Translations under genes and position numbers: made by a program
Notes under the pieces: model-generated
The model's input: the letters and a program-made list of their open reading frames with translations, nothing else
The model's database searches: none
What the model was told of the DNA's origin: nothing
In this document: positions 45,361 to 56,491 of the stretch, piece by piece
Numbering within the stretch: position 1 is the stretch's first letter
Layout of the letters: each line of letters opens with the position of its first letter
NCBI GenBank assembly: GCA_965202665.1
Contig: OZ241841.1
Span: 2,528,001 to 2,592,000 of the forward strand
Source of the DNA: Candidatus Spongiisociaceae bacterium
GTDB taxonomy: Bacteria > Actinomycetota > Acidimicrobiia > Spongiisociales > Spongiisociaceae
Direction of reading: 5' to 3'
Length of the DNA: 64,000 bases

Positions 45361-45836
45361 GCGGCCCGCAACTCGTCCAAAGTGCGACGGACCACGTACA
45401 GCCCGCGGGCGGACACCGCCGGATTCCCGTCGCCGTCGCACAACTCGCCGCTGACGGTCAAGCGCCGCCCCCGCCGTTGCTCCACCCGGGCCCGCGCTTC
45501 CAGTTCCTCCCCGCTGTTGCCCAACGGCCGTCGGTAACGCAACTCCAGTTTGCCGGTGACGGTCAAAACCTTTTCCTGCAGGATGCCCGCCCACACCAGG
45601 ATTTCGTCCAAGGCGGCGGCCGCCACCCCGCCGTGCAGGCTCCCGGTCGTTCCTTGAAAGTCGGGGCGGGCCGCGAAGCGGGCGGTGATGTCCCCGTTGC
45701 GGGCCGCGAATCCGTCCATGCGCAACCCGCAGGCGTTGCCCCTCCCGCAGGCGAAGCATCGGTCGCCGGAGCTGCGCCGCAGGAGATCCACCACTTCTTC
45801 CAGGGAGGCGGATTGCGCCGGGGGAGGGAGGTTCAC
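45339..45836 (-). CDS. PaaI-family thioesterase
   Basis: CFACGRGNACGL, LHGGVAAAALDE, T..LELRYRRP. Confidence 0.88.
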   Translation of the reverse strand: MNLPPPAQSASLEEVVDLLRRSSGDRCFACGRGNACGLRMDGFAARNGDITARFAARPDFQGTTGSLHGGVAAAALDEILVWAGILQEKVLTVTGKLELRYRRPLGNSGEELEARARVEQRRGRRLTVSGELCDGDGNPAVSARGLYVVRRTLDELRAAYPPSMP

Positions 45837-45850
45837 GGGCGGTCTCCGAG

Positions 45851-46540
45851 TCAGTCGGCGGGGGGCGGGGTTTTCGGCTGGTGGGCGCACAGGGATTCCA
45901 ATTCGCATTCCCAACAGCGGGGTTTGCGTGCGTCGCACACGTCCCGTCCGAACTGGATGATCCGCATGGACAGTTGCCTCCACTCCGATTTGGGAACCAG
46001 GGCTTTCAGGTCTTGTTCGATGCGCGCCGGGTGGTCCTCCCCGGTGAGGGCCAGCCGGCCGGTCACCCGGCGCACGTGGGTGTCCACCGCGATGGCCGGT
46101 TGGCGGAAGGCTTCGGCCAGCACCACCGAGGCGGTTTTGCGCCCCACCCCTTTCAAGGTCACCAGCTGGTCCATGTCGTCCGGCACCTCCCCCCGGTAGC
46201 GTTCCACCAGGTCTTGGGCCAAGGCGATGATGGAACGGGTTTTCTGCCGGTAGTAACCGGTGGGGAAGATGACCCGCTCCACTTCTTCCGGATTGGCCGC
46301 CGCCAGGTCCTCCGGCTCCGGCCACCGGCCGAACAGGCGGGGGGTCACCCGGTTGACGTTGACGTCGGTGGTTTGGGCGGAGATGACGGTGGAAACCAGC
46401 AGTTCATAGGGGTTGGCGTAGCGCAGGGCGGTCCCAATTTCCGGGTAACGCCGCGCCAGACGGTTCACCACCCGGCGGGCGCGGCCGCGTTCCGCAGCCG
46501 TGGGGACGGAGCCGTCCGCCCTGGTTTCTCCCTGCGCCAT
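45851..46540 (-). CDS. nth: Endonuclease III
   Basis: SAQTTD..VN, HhH L.GVGRKTA, VDTHV, C-x6-C-x2-C-x5-C. Confidence 0.96.
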   Translation of the reverse strand: MAQGETRADGSVPTAAERGRARRVVNRLARRYPEIGTALRYANPYELLVSTVISAQTTDVNVNRVTPRLFGRWPEPEDLAAANPEEVERVIFPTGYYRQKTRSIIALAQDLVERYRGEVPDDMDQLVTLKGVGRKTASVVLAEAFRQPAIAVDTHVRRVTGRLALTGEDHPARIEQDLKALVPKSEWRQLSMRIIQFGRDVCDARKPRCWECELESLCAHQPKTPPPAD

Positions 46541-46602
46541 CCCCGTGGAGGTTAGACCGGATTCCCGGCGGCGGCGGGGAGGGGCGTACCCTGGGGCGGA
46601 AC

Positions 46603-47901
46603 ATGATGCGCCGCTTCGCCTTCACTTCCGCCGACCGCCGAATTTTCCGGCTGGCCCTGCCCGCGCTGGGGGCTTTGGCCGCCGAGCCGCTGGTGTCGCT
46701 GGCGGACACCGCCTTCGTGGGGCGCCTGGGGGCGGACGCCCTGGCCGCCTTGGGGGTGGTGACCGCCGTGTTCGGGTTCGTATTTTTCCTGATGACCGCT
46801 TTGGCCTACGCGGGCACCCCGCTCATCGCCCGGGCGGTGGGGGCGGGGGATCTCCCGCGGGCGGCGCAGTTGACTTCCCAGTCCTTGTTGATCGCCTTGT
46901 TGCTGGGGGCGGCCGGGTTGGCGGTGATGGAGGCGGCCGCCCCGCAACTGGTGCGGCTGATGGGAGCGGGCGCCGAGGTGGCTTCTCCGGCCGCCGACTA
47001 CCTGCGGATACGGGCCTGGTCGTTGCCGGGCCTGCTGTGGATCACGGTGGGGCACGAAGCTTACCGGGGGGTGGGCGACACCCGCACCCCCATGCTGGTA
47101 ACCGTGGCCGCCGCCCTGCTCAACCTGGTTTTGGACCCGATGATGATTTTTTGGGCGGGGTGGGGCCTGAACGGGGCGGCCATCGCCTCGGCGGTCGCGC
47201 AGACCGGCGGGGGGGCGGCCTTTATGTTCCTGCTTCTCACCGGCCGCACCGGCCTGCGCCTTCCCCGCCCCCGCCTGCAATGGGGGGTGATGAAAACATT
47301 GCTGGGGGCTGGCTCCGCCCTCACCTTGCGCACCCTGGTGTTGGTGGCCACTTTCACCGCGGCGGCGGCGGCCGCCGCCCGCATGGGAGTGGCGGAGATC
47401 GCCGCCCATCAGGTGGCCATCCAGATTTTCGTGTTCCTGGCGCTGGTGGTGGACGCCTTGGCCATCGCCGCCCAGTCGTTGGTGGCCCGCCATTTGGGGG
47501 AGGGGGATTGGGCGGGGGCCCGCCGCCTGTCCAACCGCATGCTGGGATGGGGCTTTGTTTGGGGGACGGTCCTGGGGGCGGTCATCTGGGGTTTGCGCGG
47601 CCAGCTGGCCGGATGGTTCTCCTCCGACCCGGAGGTGGCGGCCATCGCGGCGGGTTTGCTGTCGTTGGTGGCCTTGGCCCAGCCGTTGGGGAGCGCGGTG
47701 TTCGTTTTGGACGGGATCCTGATCGGCCAGGAACGGTTCCGCTTTTTGGCGGCGGCCATGCTGGGGGCCTGCCTGCCCACCATGGTTCTGTTGTCGGCCG
47801 CCCCCACCGTGTCCCTGGTGTGGTGGTCCATTATGTTTTTGTTAGCGGCCCGCTTGGCGCCTTTGGCCTGGAGTTACCTGCGTCACACGTCGTCGGCGTA
47901 G
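46603..47901 (+). CDS. MATE family efflux transporter (DinF-like)
   Basis: LALPALGALAAEPL..LADTAFVGRLG, GDTRTP, NLVLDP, AAHQV. Confidence 0.9.
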   Translation: MMRRFAFTSADRRIFRLALPALGALAAEPLVSLADTAFVGRLGADALAALGVVTAVFGFVFFLMTALAYAGTPLIARAVGAGDLPRAAQLTSQSLLIALLLGAAGLAVMEAAAPQLVRLMGAGAEVASPAADYLRIRAWSLPGLLWITVGHEAYRGVGDTRTPMLVTVAAALLNLVLDPMMIFWAGWGLNGAAIASAVAQTGGGAAFMFLLLTGRTGLRLPRPRLQWGVMKTLLGAGSALTLRTLVLVATFTAAAAAAARMGVAEIAAHQVAIQIFVFLALVVDALAIAAQSLVARHLGEGDWAGARRLSNRMLGWGFVWGTVLGAVIWGLRGQLAGWFSSDPEVAAIAAGLLSLVALAQPLGSAVFVLDGILIGQERFRFLAAAMLGACLPTMVLLSAAPTVSLVWWSIMFLLAARLAPLAWSYLRHTSSA

Positions 47902-49118
47902 GAGCCGAGTTCCGCCCCGGAAGATTCCGGTATCCACACTTGGGCCAGCGCCGCCAGCGCCGCCCCCGTTCCGGCCAAGGCGACGGCGGTGGGCAGCCCC
48001 CAGGCGTCGATGGCCGACGCCGCCAGGTACAGCCCCAGGAAGGACCCGGCCACCGCTACGGAATGCAGCCATTGGACGGCGGTGGCCCGTATGTAGGTGG
48101 GGAAAAGTTCGGCCCGTTGCACCGCTCCCACCGGCAGGGCGGCCGAGCCGGCCAGGGCCGACAGGAATATGGCAAGGAACAGGAGCGGGGGGCTGGTCAG
48201 CCAGTACAGGCCCAAGCCCCCCGCCAGGCCCAGCAGGATGGATATGACGATCACCGGTTTGCGGCCCGCCGCGTCGGCCATCCTCCCGCCGATGAAAAAC
48301 CCCACCCCGCCCAGGGTTCCGCCCGTCAGCAGCATCACCGTGGACTGCAAGGTGGAAATGCCCAGGTCGTTGATGAGGCGCTCCAAGGAGAAAGTGACCG
48401 CCACCGCCGAGAAGCCGCTGAGGGACAGGTTGTAGAGGGCCAGCAGCCAGAACCGGCCCGCGAACCGGCCGAACAGCAGTCGCGTCATCCGCCCCCGTTC
48501 CGGGTCCAGGTATCCGAAAGCCGGACTTTCGCTCAGTTTGGGGGACAGGAAAGGGTAAACGAGCAGTCCGATGAGGGCGGCGGTGAACAGCCACCGCCAT
48601 GTTTCATCTCCCAGGCGGGCCACCGGCAGGGCCATCAAACCGATTCCCGAACCCAGGCCGACCGCGGTGGAGTAAAAACTGACCGCCCACGCCCGGTTGT
48701 CGGGACGCATCTGTTCGGCCAGCAGAACGGTGGCCAGTATGGCCATGGCCGCCGCCCCCATGCGGGCCGCCACCTGCAGGGCGGTGTACATAGTGGCGTT
48801 GACGGACAGGGCGGTGGCCCCGGTGGCGAAGAAAAACACCATATAGGAGAGCAGGAAGGGCCCCCGCCGCCCCCACCGGTCGCCGAAGGCGGCGTAGATG
48901 ACCGCGATCAGGGCCCCCAGGCGGGTGATGGCGAACAGGCGGGCCATGTCCCCTTCGTCCAGGCCGAAGGACAGCCGTACGAAAGGAAGGGTGTTGACCG
49001 CTTGGGTTTGGGCGTAGCCCAGGACTATTCCCGCCAAATACATTACGGCCAAAAGCCGGCGATCCTCGCGCCGATAACTGACCAGCGGACCCAAGGCCCG
49101 AATTAACGGGAAAGACAT
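47883..49118 (-). CDS. MFS transporter
   Basis: DRWGRRG and ADAAGRKP loops, AELFPT.IR, multiple TM helices; start uncertain. Confidence 0.88.
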   Translation of the reverse strand: MSFPLIRALGPLVSYRREDRRLLAVMYLAGIVLGYAQTQAVNTLPFVRLSFGLDEGDMARLFAITRLGALIAVIYAAFGDRWGRRGPFLLSYMVFFFATGATALSVNATMYTALQVAARMGAAAMAILATVLLAEQMRPDNRAWAVSFYSTAVGLGSGIGLMALPVARLGDETWRWLFTAALIGLLVYPFLSPKLSESPAFGYLDPERGRMTRLLFGRFAGRFWLLALYNLSLSGFSAVAVTFSLERLINDLGISTLQSTVMLLTGGTLGGVGFFIGGRMADAAGRKPVIVISILLGLAGGLGLYWLTSPPLLFLAIFLSALAGSAALPVGAVQRAELFPTYIRATAVQWLHSVAVAGSFLGLYLAASAIDAWGLPTAVALAGTGAALAALAQVWIPESSGAELGSYADDV

Positions 49119-49252
49119 GAATGGCAGAATAGTAGGCTGATAGCGCAAGGCCCGCCGTTGGGGCGAAGACATCCCAACATTTGGTCGGAAAATTACGCAT
49201 TTCGGGGCCCCGGCGCATCGGGGCGGCCCGCTGGAAACAAGGAGTTGGCGGA

Positions 49253-50005
49253 ATGGATCCAGGTAGCAGTTTGAGCGCTTTCCTGTTCGGCGCCTTGTCG
49301 TTCGTTTCGCCCTGCGTGTTGCCCCTGTTGCCCGGTTATCTGTCATTGATGTCCGGTTATTCGGTGGCCGATCTGCAAGAGGGCCGGGCGGGGACCTTGC
49401 GCATGTTGCGGGCCACCTCCCTGTTCGTGGCCGGTTTCACGGCGGTGTTCATGGCGGCCGGGGCGGGGGCCACCGCCCTGGGCGGCTTCCTGGCCCGCAA
49501 CCAGCGTCTGACGCAACGCATTTCCGGCTGGCTGATCATCGTCTTCGGGGTGATAATCGTGGCCTTGGCCGTATCCAACTCCCCCCGGTTGGCCTTTCTG
49601 GCCCGGGAGCGCCGCTTGGAAGTGCGGCCTTCCCGGCTGGGGGGATGGGCCCCGCCGGTGATGGGAATGGCTTTCGGGTTCGGCTGGACGCCCTGCATAG
49701 GCCCGGTGCTGGGGGCCATCCTCACCTTGGCCGCCTCCCAGGAAACGGTGGGGCGGGGAATGTGGTTGCTGTTCATCTATTCCATGGGTTTGGGAATACC
49801 GTTCGTGTTGGCCGGGGTGGGGTTGACCAAGCTCTACTCCGGGATCAGGGCGCTGCACAAGTACCTGCGCCCCATCAACATCGTCTCCGGCCTGCTCATG
49901 ATCGGGTTCGGGGTGCTTTTCATAACCGGCCGCATCACCGTCCTGTCCGGTTGGATCAGCGATTTCCTGATCCTGATCGGGTTGGACGGGCTGGCCGTCA
50001 TCTGA
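49253..50005 (+). CDS. ccdA: Cytochrome c biogenesis protein CcdA
   Basis: SFVSPCVLPLLP.Y, FGWTPCIGP. Confidence 0.92.
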   Translation: MDPGSSLSAFLFGALSFVSPCVLPLLPGYLSLMSGYSVADLQEGRAGTLRMLRATSLFVAGFTAVFMAAGAGATALGGFLARNQRLTQRISGWLIIVFGVIIVALAVSNSPRLAFLARERRLEVRPSRLGGWAPPVMGMAFGFGWTPCIGPVLGAILTLAASQETVGRGMWLLFIYSMGLGIPFVLAGVGLTKLYSGIRALHKYLRPINIVSGLLMIGFGVLFITGRITVLSGWISDFLILIGLDGLAVI

Positions 50006-50040
50006 TGCGCTGTTGAGCCGGCGACGGGTAGTTTTTCGAT

Positions 50041-51528
50041 ATGTCTTTGCATATTTTTCCGGACCGCGACCAGTTTCATGATCTGGCCCGCTCCTACCGG
50101 GTGGTTCCGGTGGCGGTCAAACTGCTGGCCGACCGGGAAACCCCGGTCAGCGCCTTCGAGAAACTGGTGGGCGACCGGCCCGGGTTTCTGCTGGAATCAA
50201 TGGAGGGGGGCGAGCGGTGGGCGCAGTGGTCGTTTTTGGGATGGGACCCCGCCTTCACCCTTTTCAGCCGGGACGGGATCACGCAGTCGGATTCGGACAA
50301 AGTGGATATCCCGGCGGGCGACCCGCTGGCCGCGCTGGAGCAAATGCTGGGCCGCTATTCCACCGCCCCGTTGCCGGGCCTGCCCCCCCTCCATTCGGGG
50401 GCGGTCGGTTACCTGGCCTACGACGCGGTGCGCTACATCGAGCATCTTCCCCACCCGCCCCCCGACGACCGGCGGCTGCCGGAGATGATGTGGCAGTTCG
50501 CGGGCAGCCTGGCCGCTTTCGACCGGTTCAGCCAGAGCCTGACTTTGGTGCGCAACGTGTTCACCGATCTGTGGTCCAACCTGGACATCGCCTATTCGGA
50601 CGCCGTGGAACGACTGGAAAGGCACGCCCTGCGCCTGGGCGACCCCCATCCTTACCGGCCGATGGACCCGTTCTTGGCCGAGCGGGAGCCCCGCCGGGAC
50701 CCGGTTTCCTCTTCCATGGGGCAACCCGAGTTTGAGAAGGCGGTGCGGGCCGCGCAGGAATACATCAAGGCCGGGGACGCCTATCAGGTGGTGCTCAGCC
50801 AACGTCTGGCCGCCCCTTTCTTCGGCGACCCGTTCGCCGTCTACCGGGCCTCCCGGCTCATTAATCCCTCCCCCTTCCTGTTTTTCCTGCGTTACCCGGA
50901 GTTGTCGGTGGTGGCTTCCTCCCCGGAGTTGATGACCCGGGTGCGGGACGGCAAGGTGTTTTCCCGGCCCATCGCCGGCACCCGCCGCCGGGGGTCCGAC
51001 GAAGCCGAAGACCTGGCTTTGGAGGAGGAGTTGCTGGCCGACCCCAAGGAACGGGCCGAGCACATAATGCTGGTGGACCTGGCCCGCAACGACCTGGGCC
51101 GGGTGTGCGAATACGGGACGGTGCGGGTGGACGACCTGATGACGGTGGAAAGATATTCTCATGTGATGCACATGGTGTCGGGGGTGTCGGGGCGCTTGCG
51201 GGACGGGTACGGCCCGGTGGACGTGGTGCGGGCCGTGTTCCCGCACGGCACCGTGTCCGGGGCCCCCAAGGTGCGGGCCATGGAGATCATCGACGAGTTG
51301 GAGCCGGTGGCCCGCGGCCCCTACGCCGGCGCGGCCGGATATCTGGATTTCAGCGGCAACGTGGACACCGCCATCTGCCTGCGCACCGTCATCATCGCCC
51401 GCGGCCAAGCCTGGGTGCAGGCCGGGGCGGGACTGGTGGCCGACTCGGACCCCGCCTCCGAATACCGGGAGACGATGGACAAGGCGGCCGCCGCCCTCTC
51501 CGCCCTTTCCCACGCCCGGCGCATATGA
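50041..51528 (+). CDS. trpE: Anthranilate synthase component I
   Basis: LLES, QVVLSQR, NPSPF, PIAGT, EHIMLVDLARND, GTVSGAPK, QAGAG. Confidence 0.95.
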   Translation: MSLHIFPDRDQFHDLARSYRVVPVAVKLLADRETPVSAFEKLVGDRPGFLLESMEGGERWAQWSFLGWDPAFTLFSRDGITQSDSDKVDIPAGDPLAALEQMLGRYSTAPLPGLPPLHSGAVGYLAYDAVRYIEHLPHPPPDDRRLPEMMWQFAGSLAAFDRFSQSLTLVRNVFTDLWSNLDIAYSDAVERLERHALRLGDPHPYRPMDPFLAEREPRRDPVSSSMGQPEFEKAVRAAQEYIKAGDAYQVVLSQRLAAPFFGDPFAVYRASRLINPSPFLFFLRYPELSVVASSPELMTRVRDGKVFSRPIAGTRRRGSDEAEDLALEEELLADPKERAEHIMLVDLARNDLGRVCEYGTVRVDDLMTVERYSHVMHMVSGVSGRLRDGYGPVDVVRAVFPHGTVSGAPKVRAMEIIDELEPVARGPYAGAAGYLDFSGNVDTAICLRTVIIARGQAWVQAGAGLVADSDPASEYRETMDKAAAALSALSHARRI

Positions 51529-52484
51529 CCGCCCCGCCCGACGGGGCCGACTGGCCTGATTCGTTCGGCGACGCGGGGGAGGAATACCGGGCGGGCCGCC
51601 GCCGGGGGGCGTACGCGGGGGGGACGCGGGCCCTGCTGTGGGCGGAGGGGCCGGATTCCGTGTCGTTTCTGCAGGGCATTCTCAGCCAGGACGTAGCCGG
51701 AATGAAACCCGGTCAGACGGCCCGCTCTTTCCTGCTGGAGCCGCGCGGCAAATTGCAGGATCTGCTGTGGGTGCTGCGGGGGGAGGAGCGGGTGGGTTTG
51801 GTCACCACGCCCGCCCGTTTGCCTGCCACTTTGGCCGCCCTGTCCCGCTGGAAGTTGCGGGTGGCGGCGGAGTTGACGGCCGATCCCCGGCCGGTGTTCG
51901 AAGTGTGGGGTCCGGATGCCCCCGTTCCGTCCGGCAACGGCTGGGACGAAGAGGAGGGGGCGATGGCGGCCGAGTTGGCCGTCTTTCCGATGCGCCGTTG
52001 CCTGTCCGCGGGGCGGAGCCGCCGTTTTCTGGAAGAGGAGGAGGGCATCCGACCCATGGGCCGCCTCGCTTACGACACCCTGCGGGCGGAGGCGGGGGAG
52101 CCGCTGATGGGGGTGGACTTGGATGAGAAAACCATCCCTCAGGAGACCGGCTTGGTCCAAGAGGCGGTCTCCTTCGACAAGGGCTGTTTTTTGGGGCAGG
52201 AGCTGACGGCCCGCATCGACGCCCGGGGCGGCCGGGTCAACCGCCGCTTGCGGGCGGTGCGCATGCCCCGCGCCGACGTTCCCCCGCCGGGCGCCCAGGT
52301 GGAATACGAGGGCCGGACGGCGGGCGTCCTGACCACGGTGGGGTCGGCCAATCCCCGGGGAACGACCGCCCTGTCGTTGCTCCATCGCTCGGTGGAGCCG
52401 GGGACGGAGGTGGAGGTGGTGTGGGAGAAGGGCCGTTTTCCGGCGGAGGCGGAGGAGGTTCCCATACCCTCCCGGCTAGTCTGA
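51525..52484 (+). CDS. ygfZ: YgfZ/GcvT folate-binding protein
   Basis: GPD...FLQG..SQD and SFDKGCFLGQE signature. Confidence 0.88.
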   Translation: MTAPPDGADWPDSFGDAGEEYRAGRRRGAYAGGTRALLWAEGPDSVSFLQGILSQDVAGMKPGQTARSFLLEPRGKLQDLLWVLRGEERVGLVTTPARLPATLAALSRWKLRVAAELTADPRPVFEVWGPDAPVPSGNGWDEEEGAMAAELAVFPMRRCLSAGRSRRFLEEEEGIRPMGRLAYDTLRAEAGEPLMGVDLDEKTIPQETGLVQEAVSFDKGCFLGQELTARIDARGGRVNRRLRAVRMPRADVPPPGAQVEYEGRTAGVLTTVGSANPRGTTALSLLHRSVEPGTEVEVVWEKGRFPAEAEEVPIPSRLV

Positions 52485-52488
52485 CGGC

Positions 52489-53271
52489 ATGCTGGACGAC
52501 ATCCTGGCCGGGGTCCGCCGCCGTCTCCCCATGTTGCAAGCCCTGGAAGGGGAGTTGCGGGCCGCCGCCCAGCGGATGCCCCCCGCCCGGGATTTCCACG
52601 CCGCCTTGGCCGCCCCCGGCCTGTCGGTGATAGCCGAGTTCAAACGGGCCTCCCCGTCCCGGGGGGTCCTCGGCGCCGATATGGACCCGGCGGAGCGGGC
52701 CGGTGAATACGCGGCGGGCGGGGCGGCCGCCCTGTCGGTTCTGACCGAACCGGATTTTTTCATGGGTTCCGGCGAGGATTTGGAGCGTGCTCGGGAAGCG
52801 GCGGATTTGCCGACTTTGCGCAAGGATTTCATTCTGCACCGGGCCCAAGTGTGGGAGACCCGGGCCATGGGGGCGGATGCGCTGTTGCTGATAGCGGCCC
52901 TCTTGGACGACGATTTGTTGCGCCTGTTGCTAAGGGCGGCCCGGACAGCCGGTTTGGCGGCCCTGGTGGAAGTGCACGACCGGGAGGAGGCGGAGCGGGC
53001 CCTGCGGGCGGGGGCGAAGATGGTGGGGGTCAACAACCGGGATCTGCGCACTTTCAAGGTGGATCTGGCCGTTTCCGAACGGCTGGCCCCGTTGCTGGAG
53101 GCGGCGGAGGCGACCGTGGCGGAAAGCGGCGTGCACGGCCCCGGCGACGCGGCCCGCCTGGCCGCCGCCGGTTACGACGGGTTGCTGGTCGGGGAGTATT
53201 TGACCCGTTCCCCCAACCCGGTCTCCGCCTTGCGCAACCTGCGGGGGCCGGCCTCCGGCGGACGGCCATGA
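52489..53271 (+). CDS. trpC: Indole-3-glycerol phosphate synthase
   Basis: [33 protein letters not shown]. Confidence 0.96.
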   Translation: MLDDILAGVRRRLPMLQALEGELRAAAQRMPPARDFHAALAAPGLSVIAEFKRASPSRGVLGADMDPAERAGEYAAGGAAALSVLTEPDFFMGSGEDLERAREAADLPTLRKDFILHRAQVWETRAMGADALLLIAALLDDDLLRLLLRAARTAGLAALVEVHDREEAERALRAGAKMVGVNNRDLRTFKVDLAVSERLAPLLEAAEATVAESGVHGPGDAARLAAAGYDGLLVGEYLTRSPNPVSALRNLRGPASGGRP

Positions 53272-53891
53272 CCTGGGTGAAAGTGTGCGGTTTGCGCACC
53301 CCCGCCGATGTGGAGGCGGCGGCCGAGGCGGGGGCGGACGCGGCCGGGCTGGTGCTGGTGCCCGACACCCCCCGTTTCCTGACCGTGCCGGAGGCTTCCC
53401 GCTTGGCGGCCCTCTCCGCCCTCCCCTCCGTCATCCTCACCCGCGACATGACCCCGGAACGGTTGGTGGAAACCTGGGAGCGGGTGGGGGCGGCCGGGGT
53501 GCAGCCCTACGGGGAACATCAGGAACGGGCGGGCCGGGCCGCGGCCCGGGCCGGGGCCTTCGTCCTTTATCCGGTGCGGGTGCGGGGCCCGGTGCGGCTG
53601 GAAGCGATTCCGGACGGGCACCTGGCCTTGCTGGACGGCTATGCGCCGGGTTCCCTGGGAGGGGCCGGGGCGGAGGTTCCCGGCGAATGGCTGCCCCCGC
53701 CGGGAAGCCGCTACGTGCTGGCGGGCGGATTGCGGCCCGACAACGTGGCGGCCGCGGTGCGCGCCCGCCGCCCCTGGGGGGTGGACGCCTCCTCCGGCTT
53801 GGAGTCGGCCCCCGGCGTCAAAGACCCGGCCCGCATCGCCGCCTTCGTCCGGGCCGCCAAAGGCCGCACCGCCGGGGCGGAGCCGGCATGA
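53268..53891 (+). CDS. trpF: Phosphoribosylanthranilate isomerase
   Basis: [27 protein letters not shown]. Confidence 0.93.
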   Translation: MTWVKVCGLRTPADVEAAAEAGADAAGLVLVPDTPRFLTVPEASRLAALSALPSVILTRDMTPERLVETWERVGAAGVQPYGEHQERAGRAAARAGAFVLYPVRVRGPVRLEAIPDGHLALLDGYAPGSLGGAGAEVPGEWLPPPGSRYVLAGGLRPDNVAAAVRARRPWGVDASSGLESAPGVKDPARIAAFVRAAKGRTAGAEPA

Positions 53892-55087
53892 GCGAAGCCC
53901 GCCCCGCCCCGTCCCGCAAACTGGAGCGCCCCGACCGGCGGGGCCGGTTCGGCGAATACGGGGGGCGGTTCGCCCCCGAGACGCTGATGCCCGCTTTGGA
54001 GGAGTTGGCGGAGGCTTTCACCGACGCCTGGTCGGACGCCGGGTTCGCCGACCGGTTTCATAAGTTGCTGCGCTCCTACGCCGGGCGCCCCACTCCGTTG
54101 CACGAGGCCCCGGCCCTGTCCGAACGGTTGGGGGTGCGGGTGTTGCTGAAACGGGAGGACCTGGCCCATACCGGCGCCCATAAAATCAACAACGCCCTGG
54201 GACAGGCCCTGCTGGCGGAGCGAATGGGCAAGCCCCGCCTCATCGCCGAGACCGGAGCCGGCCAGCATGGGGTGGCTTCCGCCACCGCCGCCGCCTACGT
54301 CGGTTTGGAATGCCGGGTGTTCATGGGCGACAAGGACATGGAGCGCCAATCCCTGAACGTGTCTCGGATGCGGATGCTGGGGGCGGAGGTGGTTCCGGTT
54401 TCCTCCGGGGCGGGCACTTTGAAGGACGCCGTCAACGAAGCCATGCGGGACTGGGTGCGCACCGTGCAAACCACCCACTACGTCATCGGGTCGGTGGTGG
54501 GGCCGCATCCTTTCCCGTGGATGGTGCGGGAGTTCCAGAAAGTGATCGGCGAGGAAAGCTTGGATCAGCTGGGGGGCGGGTTGCCGGATACGGTGGTCGC
54601 CTCGGTGGGGGGCGGCTCCAACGCCATCGGCATGTTTTACCCTTTCGCCGGTTTGGTGGGGGTGGAGTTGGTGGGGGTGGAGGCGGCCGGGGAGGGCATG
54701 GAGACCGGGCGGCACGGGGCTTCCATCGGGGCCGGATCGCCGGGGATTCTGCACGGGGCCCGCACCTACATGTTGCAGGACGAGGAAGGGCAGGTGGCGG
54801 AGGCCCATTCCATTTCCGCCGGTTTGGACTATCCGGGGGTGGGGCCGGAGCACGCCTACTTCGCCGACGCCGGTCTGGCCCGCTACGTTTCCATCACCGA
54901 CGAGGAGGCGTTGCGGGGGGTGGAACTGCTGGCCGTCGCCGAAGGGATCATCCCGGCCTTGGAGTCGGCGCACGCCGTGGCTTGGGTGGAGAAAGAGGCC
55001 GCCTCGTTGCGGGGCCGCACCGTGCTCGTCAACCTGTCCGGCCGGGGCGACAAGGACGTGGAGATCATCGCCGGGAAAATCCAATGA
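53888..55087 (+). CDS. trpB: Tryptophan synthase beta chain
   Basis: [39 protein letters not shown]. Confidence 0.98.
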   Translation: MSEARPAPSRKLERPDRRGRFGEYGGRFAPETLMPALEELAEAFTDAWSDAGFADRFHKLLRSYAGRPTPLHEAPALSERLGVRVLLKREDLAHTGAHKINNALGQALLAERMGKPRLIAETGAGQHGVASATAAAYVGLECRVFMGDKDMERQSLNVSRMRMLGAEVVPVSSGAGTLKDAVNEAMRDWVRTVQTTHYVIGSVVGPHPFPWMVREFQKVIGEESLDQLGGGLPDTVVASVGGGSNAIGMFYPFAGLVGVELVGVEAAGEGMETGRHGASIGAGSPGILHGARTYMLQDEEGQVAEAHSISAGLDYPGVGPEHAYFADAGLARYVSITDEEALRGVELLAVAEGIIPALESAHAVAWVEKEAASLRGRTVLVNLSGRGDKDVEIIAGKIQ

Positions 55088-55902
55088 GCCGGGAGGCCCT
55101 GGTTTCGCTGTTGACGGAGGCGCGGGAGTCGGGGGGCGCCGCTTTCATGCCTTTTATGACCGCCGGGTTGCCCTCCCCGGAGCGGGCGGTGGACATTTTC
55201 GTGGCCATGGCCGAAGCGGGGGCGGACGCCTTCGAGGTGGGCATCCCCTACAGCGACCCGCTGATGGACGGCCCGGTCATTCAGGAGGGCAACGACCGGG
55301 CTTTGCGGTCGGGCGTGACTTTGCGGTCGGGCCTGGAGACGCTGAGCCGGGTGACGGAGGCCACCGGCCGCCCCGCCCTGGCCATGTCCTACGCCAACCC
55401 GGTGTTCCGCATCGGACCCCGCCGGTTCGCCCGCTGGGCGGCCGAGGCGGGGGCGGCCGGCCTGATCGTGGCCGACTTGCCGTTGGAGGAGTCCCCACCG
55501 GTGGCGGAAGCCGTCGCCGAAGCCGGGATCGGCTTGGTTCTGTTCGCCGCCCCCACCACCGCCGAGGCCCGCCTGTCCCGGATTGCGGAGGCCGGCCCGG
55601 TGTTCATCTACGGGGTGGCGGAGATGGGGGTGACCGGCGAACGGGAGGCATCCTCCGACCATCCCCGGAGTTTGGCTTCCCGCATCCGCGCGCTGACCGA
55701 TGTCCCGCTGGTGATGGGGGTGGGGATCAGCTCCCCGGAACAGGCGGCGGCCATCGCCCCCTACGCCGACGGGGTGATCGTCGGCTCGGCCCTGGTGCGC
55801 CGCGCCCTGAGCTCCCGCGATCCGGTGGCGGACGCCGCCGCCGCCGCCGCCCGCCTGGCCCAAGCCCTGCATTCTCCGCAAGCCGTTGGGAATAGCGTAT
55901 AA
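55084..55902 (+). CDS. trpA: Tryptophan synthase alpha chain
   Basis: [30 protein letters not shown]. Confidence 0.97.
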   Translation: MSREALVSLLTEARESGGAAFMPFMTAGLPSPERAVDIFVAMAEAGADAFEVGIPYSDPLMDGPVIQEGNDRALRSGVTLRSGLETLSRVTEATGRPALAMSYANPVFRIGPRRFARWAAEAGAAGLIVADLPLEESPPVAEAVAEAGIGLVLFAAPTTAEARLSRIAEAGPVFIYGVAEMGVTGEREASSDHPRSLASRIRALTDVPLVMGVGISSPEQAAAIAPYADGVIVGSALVRRALSSRDPVADAAAAAARLAQALHSPQAVGNSV

Positions 55903-55928
55903 TGAGACAGCGGGGCAATGACCCCAAG

Positions 55929-56016
55929 GCCGGGATGGCGGAATTTGGTAGACGCGCTGGATTCAAAATCCAGTGCCCGCAAGGGCGTATGGGTTCGAGT
56001 CCCATTCCCGGTACCA
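55929..56016 (+). tRNA. tRNA-Leu(CAA)
   Basis: GCCGGGA/TCCCGGT acceptor stem, CTGGA-TTCAAAA-TCCAG anticodon arm, long variable arm, GGTTCGAGTCC, encoded CCA. Confidence 0.97.
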
Positions 56017-56151
56017 CCACCTCCCCGAGGGGAGGGGTCGGAATAACCGTCTAACCGTTCTGATGGATGAAGGCTTGGAAAGTCGTCACCCAGCAGTCGA
56101 CCTTAGGCGGAACACTATTGTCCTTTTTGTATTATTTCTTTTCTATAATAA

Positions 56152-56484
56152 GTGTTAATGATAGATAACTCTACCTTCAACAGACATCTGGGTTACTGGA
56201 TGCATGCTGATGAACATCCTTTGCCGCGTGGCTGGGTCCGGCTTAAAATCAATCCTTCCGCCTTGAGAAGAATGGCCGCAGAGCAGATACTGGAGGTTCT
56301 GAATGACTCAGAAGCGGAGTTCTTATGGGTTCATAGTGGGGACCCGCACCGAGAATATTTCCATGTATTACGGGTTACACAAGATGTAATCGACCATTTG
56401 GTTTGCGCCGAGACACATCAGACGCAGAGGCTATGGTGTTTCACAGTTGCCAGGGGATTTGCGGATCCTCTAGGCGTGTTATAA
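56152..56484 (+). CDS. Small hypothetical protein, putative toxin (homologue of 38691-39065)
   Basis: KINPSALRRMAAEQILEVL plus beta-rich His-containing region; low GC; start uncertain. Confidence 0.6.
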   Translation: MLMIDNSTFNRHLGYWMHADEHPLPRGWVRLKINPSALRRMAAEQILEVLNDSEAEFLWVHSGDPHREYFHVLRVTQDVIDHLVCAETHQTQRLWCFTVARGFADPLGVL

Positions 56485-56491
56485 TAAAAGC

